A stretch of 64,000 nt of DNA, taken from the NCBI GenBank assembly GCA_038087875.1, contig CM075989.1:25236001-25300000 (forward strand), read 5' to 3'. Numbering within the stretch: the first letter of the stretch is position 1; every line of letters begins with the position of its first letter. The position numbers and the translations under genes were made by a program. This document shows positions 24,194 to 35,361 of this stretch, piece after piece. The notes beneath the pieces were generated by a model, which saw only the letters and a program-made list of their open reading frames with translations, did no database searches and was not told the DNA's origin. The stretch is from Malacoraja senta. Lineage: Eukaryota.

Positions 24194-24405
24194 AGGAAGG
24201 AACTGCAGATGCTGGTTTAAATTGAAGATAGACACAAAATGCAGCAGTAACTCGGCAGGATAGGCAGCATCTCTGGAGAGAAGGAATGGATGATGTTTTG
24301 GGTCGAGACTCTTCTTCAGTCTGAAGAAGGGTCTCGACCCGAAACGTCACCCATTGCTTCTCTCCAGAGATTCTGCCAGTCCCGCTGAGTTACTCCAGCA
24401 TTTTG
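24194..24405. repeat. Penelope-derived palindromic (fold-back) repeat with hammerhead-like core
   Basis: Two inverted arms meeting at cttcttcagt|ctgaagaag; related copies at about 2380-2550, 13575-13770, 26730-27020, 43088-43230, 61805-61985. Confidence 0.8.
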
Positions 24406-25365
24406 TATAGCTTATCTGGTTTGCTCTTCCATTTCTACCAACTGCAACCTTCTCATGTCATTTGTTCATCCAGCTGTAGGAGATACAACATTTGTCTTGT
24501 TAACCTCTTCCTTACCCACAATCCAGGGACCCAAACAGTCATTGTAAGTGAAGCATCAATTCACTTTTGCACTTTCCGGTTTAGTATATTTTGGTGTTCA
24601 CCACGTCGTTTTCTCTACGAAACTGTGCAAATTTTTAAATCGCGCACGCTTATATCCAGCACGGTGTGAAACGTCACCTAACCATGTTCTCCATAGATGC
24701 TGCCTGACCCGCTGAGTTAGTCCAGCACTAGGCCAGTCAGGAGTTGCAGAGAGGGAAGGGAACTTGTTGTATAAGAGTAGATATCATTACTTGTAGTTCA
24801 TTCTCTTTGTAAAAACATCTGGAGCATTGCAAAGTTCACCGATCCAGCACTGTGCACAACAAACAGTAGCAAATGAAAAGCAGATTGTAAGAGGGAGAGA
24901 GTGGGCAGAAACTAGATGTAAAACCTCTACAGGAATGGAGAATTAACAGTTGGGCTGAGGAGGATTACAGGAGCAGTAGGAATAAAGCACATCGATCCCA
25001 GAGAGGTGGACAGCACAGCGGGTAGAGCCACTGCCTCATAGCACTGGAAACCCGGGTTCAATCCTGATCTCAGGTGCTGTCTGTGCGGAGTTTGCACGTT
25101 CTCCCTGTGACGGGCACTCCGGTTTCCTCCCACATCCCAGAGACATGTGGGTTTACAGGTTAATTAGCTTCTGTAAATTGCCTTAGTGTTGGGAGTGAAT
25201 GAATGTGGGAGAAAATGTAGAACCAGCATGTGATTGCTGGTTGGTGTGGACTCAATGGGCTGAAGGGCCTGTTTCCATTCTGTATCTCTAAACCACAGTA
25301 AGCTAATCAGAGGGGGGTCGTGACCTCCCCCTGTGCTGAAAAATTCCCTTTGACCCCTGTTCCAG

Positions 25366-25525
25366 ATACCCAGGAGTTACCTCAAGCTGCGGACCGCTGT
25401 TCTAGAGGAGCAGCAGAGACGGAATGACCACGATGAGGTCCAGTACATAACTGACCAGCAGCTGCAAGAGATGGTGCAGCACACTCCGGACAATGACATC
25501 AACGACTTTGAGGACCTGCAGGCTG
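25366..25525 (+). CDS. LRRK1: LRRK1 exon (window exon 11, COR-A)
   Basis: ttccag/gtaatt; [53 protein letters not shown]. Confidence 0.93.
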
Positions 25526-26009
25526 GTAATTGTGTTGGTGTTTCCACAGCCTTGCAGAGAGATTCAGCAACAAGCCCTTCCACCCACCCAATCCCTTATG
25601 CCCATCAATAACATGGCAACACCCTAACCCTTCCATTTCCTCCCCGCATTGTTCCACTCACTCACTCACACACTGGGGGGTAATTGGCCAGATACCAACC
25701 TGCACCTCGTTGAGATGTGGAAACATCCGGAACATCCGGAGGAAGGTCACAGGGTCACGGGAAGAGTGCGTGCACTCCACATGGGCGGTCCGGAGCATGG
25801 GCAGGGTTGAAACTGGCTCACTGGTGCTCTGAGGTACACCTCTACTACCTGTGGCACCTGATCAGGTGAGACCCAAGTCCTTTCACTCAACCTTCTTCTG
25901 ACACTGTGATTTTTCGGCAAAATCATGAAATCCTCAAATGAAATCAGTTCCGACTGGAATCAAATATTGCAAGAAAGACAATTAGTAACACAGCATGTAA
26001 CAATTAGTA

Positions 26010-26322
26010 ACAGGCCCTTCAGCCCATCAAGTTCATGCTGACCAATGATCACCCGTTCACACTAGTTCTACAGTATTTTATCCCACTTTCTCATCCACTC
26101 CCTACACACTAGGGACACACTAGGGACAATTTACAGAAGCCAATTAACCCACAAACCTGCACGTCTTTGGGATGTGGGGGGAAACTGGAGCACCTGGAGA
26201 AACCCACGTGGTCACAGGGAGAATGTGCAAACTCCGCACAGACAGCACCAGAGGTCGGGATCAAACCCTTGTCTCTGGCACTGTGAGGCAGCAGCTCTAC
26301 CCGCTGCACCACTGTGCCGCCC
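26010..26322 (-). mobile_element. HE1/V-SINE-type SINE
   Basis: Reverse-complement full SINE ending in gggcggcacagtggtgcagcgggtagagctgctgcc. Confidence 0.8.
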
Positions 26323-26388
26323 ACAGGAGATAAAATGCCAGAGGTGAGAGGCCAAGATTATGCTGAATAATTTCTCCTTGTTTGGCAG

Positions 26389-26665
26389 CCCTAGCCTTCC
26401 TCATTGAAACAGGCGCTGTCCTGCACTTCCCAGACACCAGCCATGGGCTGCGCAATCTCTACTTCCTGCATCCCGTCTGGCTCTCCGAATGCTTGGAGAA
26501 GATTATCAATATCAAGACGTCACGATCCCTTGCCATGAACGGAGTGATCCGGGTGACGGAGCTGCGGAAACTGCTGGTGGGGACAGGCTTCACGCAGCAG
26601 ACCGAGGAACAGTACTTGCAATTCCTGGCCAAGTTCGAGATCGCCCTTCCCATCGCCAATGACAG
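26389..26665 (+). CDS. LRRK1: LRRK1 exon (window exon 12, COR-A)
   Basis: tggcag/gtacac; [27 protein letters not shown]...[15 protein letters not shown]. Confidence 0.95.
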
Positions 26666-28132
26666 GTACACTCTGCTCATCTTTGTGCTCACGTTTGCAT
26701 GATTAACAATTAATTGTCACCATTAATGTGTAGGACGGAACTGCAGATGCTGGTTTACACTGAAGATAGACACAAAATGCTGGAGTAACTCAGCGGGACA
26801 GGCAGCATTTCATGATCATGTGATAGGAGCAGAATCAGGCCGTTGGGCCCACAAGTCTACTCCTCCATTCAATCATGGCTGATCTATCTCTCCCTCCTAA
26901 AAGATACTCAGTCTGAAGAAGGGTCTCGACCTGAAACGACACCCATTCCTTCTCTCCAGAGATGCTGTCTGTCCCGCTGAGTTACTCCAGCATTTTGTGT
27001 CTATCTTCAGTTTAAACCAGCATGAACACGTTCTGCCTCAACACTGGTCAATGTGAGATTTACAACAACATTTCATGAGATACATGGATACGATTGGTTT
27101 GGAGGGAAATGCGGGCAGGTAGGACAAGTGTAGCTGGGACATGTTGGTCAGTGTGGACAAGTATGGGCTGAAGGGCCTGTTTCCACGCTGTAAGACTAGG
27201 AAATGAAAGCTGGCGATGCAGGTGGTGACATGTTGGCACGGCGACTAGCTGGCTACCAGGACGCAGTGGGCAGAATAAATCTTTGTCTGTTGGAATGCAA
27301 TGACTGGAGTGTCGCGTCTGGACTTCGACTTTCTCCAATTTAAATAGGCAGGAAAAAGGCTCATTGCTTAGGTTGCTCGATTGGCAGGTGACAGGTAGGT
27401 AGAAAATTGATTTTGAAAAGAACATTAAGAGGATACAAGGGGATATCGATAGGTTCAGCAAGTGGGCAAAGATGTGGCAAATGGAGGGTAATGTAAATGG
27501 AGAAATGAGAAGCTTGGCTAAGGCAATTAAAGAACGTATTTGGTTGAGATTTTGAGAGAATGCAGAGATCTGAATTGCAGAAGGATCTAGTGCCCAACTT
27601 ACCTTTTACAGGTAATTAACAGGTAATTTAGGAAGCTGTTGGGATGCGGGGGACGGGGGGGGGGGGGGGGAATTGAATACAAAAGTAAGGAGAATTCTTT
27701 AGTTCAAAGGGAATTAGTGAGGCTCCATTTGGAAGAGGGTGTGCAGTAGTGGTTTGCTAATTTAAGGACTATGTTCCAGGTAGCTTTAGTGGACTGATAC
27801 CTGAACGGTTGACTGATGGGCTTTAGATGAGGGATGTCCATAGGTTGGGTGTGGTGTGCACATTCCTCGTAAGAGAATCTTGAATGGGGGTCAACAGTTT
27901 AAGAGACAGCTGAGGTGAATCTTTCCCCCTCAGATGGTCGAGAATCTTGTCGATAAAGGATGGTGGAGCAGAGATTGAATATTTTCAAGGCGGGGTAGAT
28001 GGATACTTGAGAAGATGGGGATTGCTGCAGGTGAACCTTCACCTGGCTACACTGCTACACCTTCATAAGTGATCATGAAGGCTACACCTTCACAGGCACA
28101 ATGACCAATGCAACCCATGCCTCTGTCCCCAG

Positions 28133-28304
28133 CTACCTCCTCCCTCACCTACTGCCGTCCAAGCCGGGGATCGACAGCAGCAAGCTGCAGCGTCCGGGCA
28201 CCTGCACCATCCAGAGGCTTTTCAAGATGAATTTTGTGCCCATTGGTTTCTGGCAACGGTTTATCGCCCGAATTTTGATCAGCCTTTCGGACATGGACGC
28301 ACAG
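28133..28304 (+). CDS. LRRK1: LRRK1 exon (window exon 13, COR)
   Basis: ccccag/gtatga; [13 protein letters not shown]...[28 protein letters not shown]. Confidence 0.94.
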
Positions 28305-28562
28305 GTATGATCTCCCCTCCTCTACCCCCTCTCCTCCCTGTCTCCCCATCACATGTCATTCCTCCTCTCTCCTAATCTTACACCCTTTTGTCCTTTTTAC
28401 ATCTCAAACCTTTGTCCATCCATCTGCCACTAAACATCCCTCTCCCGATCCACATATCACTGGCCAGGCTTTCTCCCCCCTACGATCAGTCTGAAGAATG
28501 GTCTCAACCCGAAACGTCACCTATCCATGTTCTCCAGAGATGTTGCCTGAGCCGCTGAGTTA

Positions 28563-29338
28563 AGGGGCTGTCCCACTTGGGCGACCTAATCTGCGAGTTT
28601 AGAAGAGTGTCTTCGACCTTCAAACTCGCAGTATGGTCGACACGTGGTCCTAGGAGGTCCTATGAGGTCGCTGGAATTCTCCTTCATGCTCGAGGGAAGT
28701 TCCCGAATACTCGCGGCCTCAGCTAGGTCGCGGAAAATTGTTCAGCATGTCGAAAAATGTTCCGCCAGTAAAATTTGGTCTGGTTGTGCAGTGGAGTGGG
28801 GTCGCTATTTAGTTACAGGCAGTCGAGGGCAGCCGTAGGCAATCTCCTTCACTGACCGGGCATTTTGATTGGCTCATTGGAGTTTTCAGTACCAAGGAAA
28901 ACCGACCGGTAAGTAAAATGCCCGCTAAACTTTATTACACTTCTTTAAAGTGTCTCCACTTCTTCTCCCCATCTTCTCCCCCCATTTCTCCCCGCCCCCC
29001 CTCTTCTCCCTCCACTTCTCTCCCCCCCCCCCCTCTCCGTGCTCTCTAAAGGACTTACCGTACACTGTGCAGCCGTTTTACCTTCCTCTTCATCGCAGGT
29101 GTGAATTTCAGACAGCACTCCCCCCCTGCTTTCCCTGGCCTTTGGTGTGCGTGTGTGTGTGTGTGTGTGCGTGTGCGTGTGTGTGTGCGTGTGTGCGTGT
29201 GTGCGTGTGTGCGCGTGCGCGTTCCCCCGCCCCGTGGTTTCAAAGTGGACGGTCAATCCACGCGAGTGCCCTCGAGCTTGAATGCCGAATACACTCTTCT
29301 GAACTCGCGGATTACGTCACCCAAGTGGGACAGCACCT
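28563..29338. mobile_element. PIF/Harbinger-like MITE
   Basis: TIRs AGGGGCTGTCCCACTTGG / CCAAGTGGGACAGCACCT; flanks TTA / TAA; contains a GT-rich microsatellite at 29146-29219. Confidence 0.75.
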
Positions 29339-29504
29339 TAACTCCAGCGCTCTGTGCAACGTCACCTATCCATGTTCTCCAGAGATGCTGTCTGACCCAC
29401 TGAGTTACTCCAGCATTCTGTGTGTTTTTTGCTGATGAACCAGCATCTGCAGTTCTGTGCTTCTCCGTTGAGCTGATGATATGTGTGGCTTCTTTCTTGA
29501 CCAG

Positions 29505-29674
29505 CTTGTTGAAAATGAAAAGAATGTGAAGCAGTGCAGAGGGAGCCTGGCTTCAGTTTACAGCTTCACCGGGACCCGGAGGCGAAACCGCTGCAGCACC
29601 TTCCGAGTGAAACGGAACCAAACCATCTACTGGCAAGAAGGTTTGCAGCTGACCTACGAGGGGGGCTGCCTCAG
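29505..29674 (+). CDS. LRRK1: LRRK1 exon (window exon 14, COR-B loop)
   Basis: gaccag/gtaatc; [56 protein letters not shown]. Confidence 0.93.
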
Positions 29675-29755
29675 GTAATCAGCTACTCCATCAGCTCTTG
29701 GGACTTGTGCCCAGCTGTGGCCCTTGATCCTCAACAACTCTCCCCCTTCCTGCAG

Positions 29756-29895
29756 CGTGGAATCCTCGGAGATGAACTGGAAAAGGAAGAAAAGTGCTGG
29801 AATAAAAATCGTTTGCCAGTCGGAAACGCGAGACTTCTCAGCCGTGGCCTTCATCACTGATCACGTCAACTCTCTGATTGACCAGTGGTTTCCAG
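29756..29895 (+). CDS. LRRK1: LRRK1 exon (window exon 15, COR-B)
   Basis: ctgcag/gtgagt; [47 protein letters not shown]; preceded by an 81-nt intron. Confidence 0.94.
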
Positions 29896-30624
29896 GTGAG
29901 TTTCCAGAGCTTGGTGTGAAGTGGTGACTCGTCATGCTCCTGTTGACAAGACTGAAGGTCATGAGATCACTGAAGACCACTGGTCCACCTGAGCCGCTCT
30001 GGCAATGAGTGAGACTTTAATGCAAGGCCCAGCGATGAATATAAACAGTCCTATTGTTTGTCCACATTTTCCAGTTTCCTGCTCCACTAAATGACACAAC
30101 GGTATCTGGTCATCAACAACAGTTAGTGTGTGTGGCCAGATCCAGCATCGTGTTTAGGAAGGGGGAGTCGAGAGGTTATGGGGCATTCACCAGCATATCC
30201 TTGGGGCGAGGGGTCACGAGGGGTCACTACCCAGCGGGGGGCAGCGTTATAGCAGTGTGTCTGGGCCACTCACCAAACCCAGTCGACCAGAAGGTGCCGG
30301 TCAAGGGGCAGCTCACCCCCCCGTCCCTGTCCCTGTCCCTGTCCATCCCATCCTGCAGCGGAAGTTTCCTGGCCCATTGACTCTGTCCCAGCTCTCTGCA
30401 GGAGTGGCCAACCTACCTGTACCACAGACCTGTAATTATTTTACCCAATATTACCGAGCCAGCAGTTCATAAATGTTTAAACATCAGATTTCTTTCTCCA
30501 TAAATGACCACTAAGTTAAATCCCTGCGTTGATCTTGCCCCCTGCAGCTTTCAGTATCTTTGCTTTGTGGATATGAGGCTCCATATTAGTGTGGTGGAGG
30601 GTTAACCCTTTGTGTGCCCCACAG

Positions 30625-30874
30625 CTCTGACAGCCACAGAATCAGACGGGAGCCCGCTGGTTGAACAGTACGTTCCCTGCCCTCACTGCTCACTCCCGGA
30701 CACACAGCGAGGGCAGGCACATCTCCAGGGACAAGGTCCACACTACTTCAGCATGGAGGACTGTCTCCTCACTGCCATCGAGCACACGGACATCTCCTGT
30801 CCAAACCACCCCGCCACCCCCGTGCCTCTCCATGAGTTGGTCCCAGAGATCTTCATGACCGACTTCCCATCACG
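30625..30874 (+). CDS. LRRK1: LRRK1 exon (window exon 16, COR-B)
   Basis: cccacag/gtaagt; [22 protein letters not shown]...[13 protein letters not shown]. Confidence 0.94.
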
Positions 30875-31474
30875 GTAAGTGTAGGAAGTTGCAGGAATAA
30901 CAATGTTATTTAACTTCAAATCCAGTGGAATGACCACGAGGATGCAAGGCTGCAAACAAAGCCACAGTACCCAAACTAAGAGCCCCCCCTCCCCAGGTGA
31001 CACGCGTGCGCCAGGTAACTTCCTCCAGGAGCGGACTCGACAAACACCCGACATACATCTACAGTACGGAACCCCGGCCTGCATCGGCATTGGAACTGGA
31101 TCCAGGACTGACTGCTCCTGAGTAGATGGGATTAGTACGGGTGTCTGGGGAGAAGGCAGGAGAAGGGGGTTGGGAGGGAGAGATAGATCAGCCATGATTG
31201 AATAGTGGAGTAGACTCGATGGGCCGAATGACCTCATTGTCCGCCTAAGTCGTATGATCTTATGAACGAACGAGAGTTGTTCTGGTAGAGATCTAGTGCG
31301 GGTGCAATGGGCAGAAGGGTCTCATTCAGTGCTGGAACCACTCTATGATCCAGCTCCTGATATGATCCAGTTCACACTGATACAACTGGTTGGCATCTTG
31401 TGGATACCTTATTCATTATCTGAGCAGTTTACTGCAACGTCCTTTTTGTAACTATATTTAATACTGTTTAACAG

Positions 31475-31644
31475 GTTATTTCTGGATGTGAACAGTTTGG
31501 AACAAAATGAAACTTCAGACCATATCCTGGGTCAAGGAGGGAGTGGAGCGGTCGTGTACAAAGCAAAGTACAGGAAGATACCTGTAGCAATCAAGAAGTT
31601 TCATTTCAAAAATTACCAAGCATTATCTGGTAATTCTCGCACAG
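31475..31644 (+). CDS. LRRK1: LRRK1 exon (window exon 17, kinase N-lobe)
   Basis: taacag/gtaaat; RLFLDVNSLEQNETSDHILGQGGSGAVVYKAKYRKIPVAIKKF; Gly-rich loop and VAIK lysine. Confidence 0.95.
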
Positions 31645-31899
31645 GTAAATATCTTGCTAAAAAGCTCGATAACTTGCATTGCAATATAACAAATGTAATC
31701 TTTAGTGCTGAGTTTTTCTTCTTTACAAAATAATATTGATGCAATGTAGGTGGGATTGGTGGGGTGAAGGAAGAGATCTCGGATTCCAAAGGCTCGCACA
31801 CTTACAGACAAAAACACTTGGTGATACCAACAGATCACACAGAAGCTCACCGTTATACCACACTTACACTAACACTTACACAGATTTACCACCTGGACC

Positions 31900-32410
31900 T
31901 AGCTGATCTCCCAGTTGCCAAACACTTTAACTCCCCCTCCCATTCCCACACTGACCATTCTGTCCTGGGCCTCCTTCATTGTCAGAGTGAGGCCCAGTGC
32001 AAATCAGAGGAACAGCACCCCATATTTCGCTTGAGCAACTTACAGCCCAGTGGTATGAACATTGACTTCCATAACTTCAAGTAACCCTTGCTTTCCCTCT
32101 CTCTCGATCCCTCCACCACCCTGGTCGTACCAGCTTCAGTCGTCTTGTTGAGTCTCATTGTCTGTAACTCATTCTCACCTCGCCCACAGCCAACAGTGGC
32201 CTGTTTCCTTTATCATCGTTACTTTTTTGCATATCTTTCATTCATTTGTTCAAAATCTCTCTACATCACCGTACATATTTCTCGTTTCCCTTTACCCTGA
32301 CGCTCAGTCTGAAGAAGGGTCTCAACCCAAGATGTCACCTATTCCTTTTCTCCAGAGATGCTGCCTGAGCTGCTGAGTTACTCCAGGGCTCTGTGTCTAT
32401 CTTCGGTGTA
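31900..32410 (+). mobile_element. Penelope-like 3' fragment
   Basis: DLPVAKHFNSPSHSH...EEQHPIFRLSNLQPSGMNIDF GIY-YIG C-terminus plus the typical 3' repeat. Confidence 0.8.
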
Positions 32411-33003
32411 AACCCATACATATTCCTTGAAGGCAGAAAAACAGGACAGGGAAAGTGACCCCACCACAGATCACGGTAGTGTTTGGTCAAAGACAAAAGC
32501 TTACAATGTTACCAAAAACAGCAGTAACCTGAGCTTGGAGAAATGTTAGAATTCAACAAAGCAGCAGCTAGACATTGATGAGCCAAGAGACAAGAGTGAG
32601 CTCGTGAGATAGACTCTAAAAGCTGCTTTGCAACAGGGTTCCTTACACTCTGACAGGGGATGTATTAAGGAATTAGAACATGGTAATGAACTTAAATAAA
32701 ATAATTTGTACCTGTTTTCATGGAAGAAGCCACGATAAAGGGTAACCATGGAGATCTGCATCTCGGGTGTCCACGGAGATGAAATAAGTCAGCTATAATT
32801 TTAAAATGGTGTTGAAGAAATTAATGGGGCCAAAGTTGTTAAAAATCCTCACTACCTACTGCCCAGCATTGTCAGGTTTTGGAAAGTGGTCCAAGCCCTG
32901 TCTCTCATTAACTAATTCTACCATTGATGCAGCATCCTCATGTAGATAGATCCCTGGTCCCTGCTGCCCGCAGTAACAGAGGTCCACTGTGTACTCTCAC
33001 TAG

Positions 33004-33201
33004 ATTCGATGTTGCGGCACCTGGAGGCGCTGGAGGTGATGCGGAGTTTCTCGGAGTTCCGCCAGGAGAGCAGCATCCTGCACTCGCTGCAGCACCCGTG
33101 CATCGTGTCCCTGGTCGGCCTCTGCATCCACCCGCTCTGCTTCGCGCTAGAGCTCGCTCCCTTGGGCAGTCTCAACAAAGTGCTCAGACAGCACTCGAAA
33201 G
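33004..33201 (+). CDS. LRRK1: LRRK1 exon (window exon 18, kinase)
   Basis: cactag/gtaaca; [61 protein letters not shown]. Confidence 0.95.
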
Positions 33202-33914
33202 GTAACAGAACACACACACCAGCAGCCAACTGCATGTGCGGAAAATGCTTCCAGAAACGGCCATTACTGGGAATGTGAGGACTTTCAGAGGGTGTCAAGA
33301 GCTGTGGGGAGAAGGCAGGAGAACGGGGTTAGGAGTGAGAGGTAGATCAGCCATGATTGAATGGCAGGTTAAACTTGATGGGCCGAATGGCCTAATTCTA
33401 CAAATCTTATGATCTTATGACGGAATTAGCAACGCTGTGCGATGGAAATTAAATGTTCAAAGACACGCGTGGGTTTGCTATTTGCAGTGAATAATGATCA
33501 GCTTGTTTAGGAGCGGTGACTACCTCACGCGGACATTTGTCTCTGGAACTTTGTGTCACACACACGGGAAGGTGGGTGTGTGCAACGAGCTGCCAGAGGA
33601 GGTCGTTCAGGCAGAAACTATAATAACATTTAAAAGACATTTGGCCAGGTGCATGGATAGGGACGAGTGTAGATGGGGCATGTTGGTCAGCATGGGCCAA
33701 CTGGGCAGAATGGCCTTTGTTTCCATGCTGGGTGACCCTATAACTGATGCGCTACAATGCTGAGAACTATATTCTACACTCTGTATCTTCCCCTTTGCTC
33801 TACCTGTTGTACTTGAGTTTGACAATTATATTCATGTATAGTATCTGATTTGATTGGATAGCGTGTACCTCGACTGGTGCTGTGAATGTAGATTAACCGT
33901 CTCCTCTCCAATAG

Positions 33915-34192
33915 GAACCTCCTTCATGCCCTTGGGCCACATGCTGACCTACAGAATTGCCTACCAGATTGTTCTGGGCCTGGCCTATCTCCACAGGAAG
34001 AAGATCATCTTCTGTGACCTGAAGTCTGATAATGTCCTGGTTTGGTCTCTGGATGTCTCGTGCCCCGTCAACGTGAAGCTCTCAGACTATGGTGTGAGCC
34101 GACAGTCCTTTCATGAGGGGGCTCTGGGGATAGAAGGCACTCCGGGTTATCAGGCCCCAGAAATCCTGCCCGGCATTGTTTACGATGAAAAG
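33915..34192 (+). CDS. LRRK1: LRRK1 exon (window exon 19, kinase catalytic and activation loops)
   Basis: caatag/gtatga; [12 protein letters not shown] (LRRK1-type FCD catalytic loop), [15 protein letters not shown]. Confidence 0.96.
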
Positions 34193-34297
34193 GTATGAAA
34201 CCAAACGCTCTCGCTCAACAAACATGCTTTTAAATGTTGATCAGATGTAATCGAGCAGTTTACAGTAAAAGCACCAGCTCTGGTGACCTGTGTGAGC

Positions 34298-34690
34298 GTT
34301 GGTACACGGGGTATTGACAGTGTTGGTACACGGGGTATTGACAGTGTTGGTACATGGGGTATTGACAGTGTTGGTACACGGGGTATTGACAGTGTTGGTA
34401 CATGGGGTATTGACAGTGTTGGTACACAGGGTATTGACAGTGTTGGTACACGGGGTATTGACAGTGTTGGTACACGGGGTATTGACAGTGTTGGTACATG
34501 GGGTATTGACAGTGTTGGTACACGGGGTATTGACAGTGTTGGTACATGGGGTATTGACAGCGTTGGTACACAGGGTATTGACAGGGTTGGTACATGGGGT
34601 ATTGACAGTGTTGGTACATGGGGTATTGACAGTGTTGGTACATGGGGTATTGACAGTGTTGGTACACGGGGTATTGACTGTGTTGGTACA
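34298..34690. repeat. 24-bp minisatellite
   Basis: Unit gttggtacac(g/t)gggtattgacagt-type, about 16 copies. Confidence 0.92.
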
Positions 34691-34751
34691 CTTGCTGGTC
34701 TGGACTCCTGTTCCGTTACCGCTGTGTGACCTGTTCCTCCCATCCTCCCAG

Positions 34752-34946
34752 GTGGACCTGTTCTCGTTCGGCATGGTCCTGTACGAGCTGCTGTCTGGAC
34801 AGCGGCCGATCCTTGGCCACCACCAGGTGCAGATTGTGAAGAAACTGTCCAAAGGCATCCGACCTCTGCTGGGATCGCTGGAGGAGGTGCAGTTCCACCC
34901 GATGCAGAGCCTGATGATCGAGTGCTGGGACACAAAGCCGGAGAAG
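34752..34946 (+). CDS. LRRK1: LRRK1 exon (window exon 20, kinase C-lobe)
   Basis: tcccag/gtaaag; [38 protein letters not shown]...ECWDTKPEK. Confidence 0.95.
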
Positions 34947-35280
34947 GTAAAGAAATGCCAGAGACGGGGCCGTGGAAATGGAAGGCTAGCATGCCGGGCA
35001 GCATGGTGGTGCAGCGGATAGAGCCACTGCCTCACACTGCCAGAGACCCGGGTTCAATCCCGACCTCAGGTGCTGTCTGTGTGGAGTTTGCTGATCAATG
35101 GTCAGCATGGACTCAGTGGGCCTAAGGGTCTGTTTCCATGCTGTATCTCTGAACTACTAAAGGATAGCAGTGGGGCATCAGAAATGACAGCAGGAGTCTG
35201 AAAACCCACCGACTGAAGGTGCAGAACAGGCAAACAAAGATGGAATTTAACAAAGAATGCAGTAAACACTCAGCCGGTCT

Positions 35281-35361
35281 CAGCGTGGTGAATATCAAAG
35301 ATACTAGTATCTTTGGTGAATATTGACCAAGGGCTGATACAGCTTGACCACACCAAGTTGT
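35281..35361 (+). pseudogene. Decayed partial copy of LRRK1 window exon 22, interrupted by a 20-bp TIR footprint
   Basis: cagcgtggtgaatat[28-bp insert]tgaccaagggctgatacagcttgaccaca matches 37099-37142 cagcgtggtgaatattgacaaagggctgatagaggttgaccaca. Confidence 0.8.
35296..35315. mobile_element. 20-bp perfect palindrome of two transposon ends with an 8-bp TSD (excision footprint or minimal MITE)
   Basis: GTGAATAT-CAAAGATACTAGTATCTTTG-GTGAATAT. Confidence 0.8.

Noticed and set aside
33915..34192. Pseudokinase (no HRD or DFG) or LRRK2
   Set aside because: FCDLKSDN and DYG are the normal LRRK1 motifs; overall sequence and CHSY1 synteny indicate LRRK1
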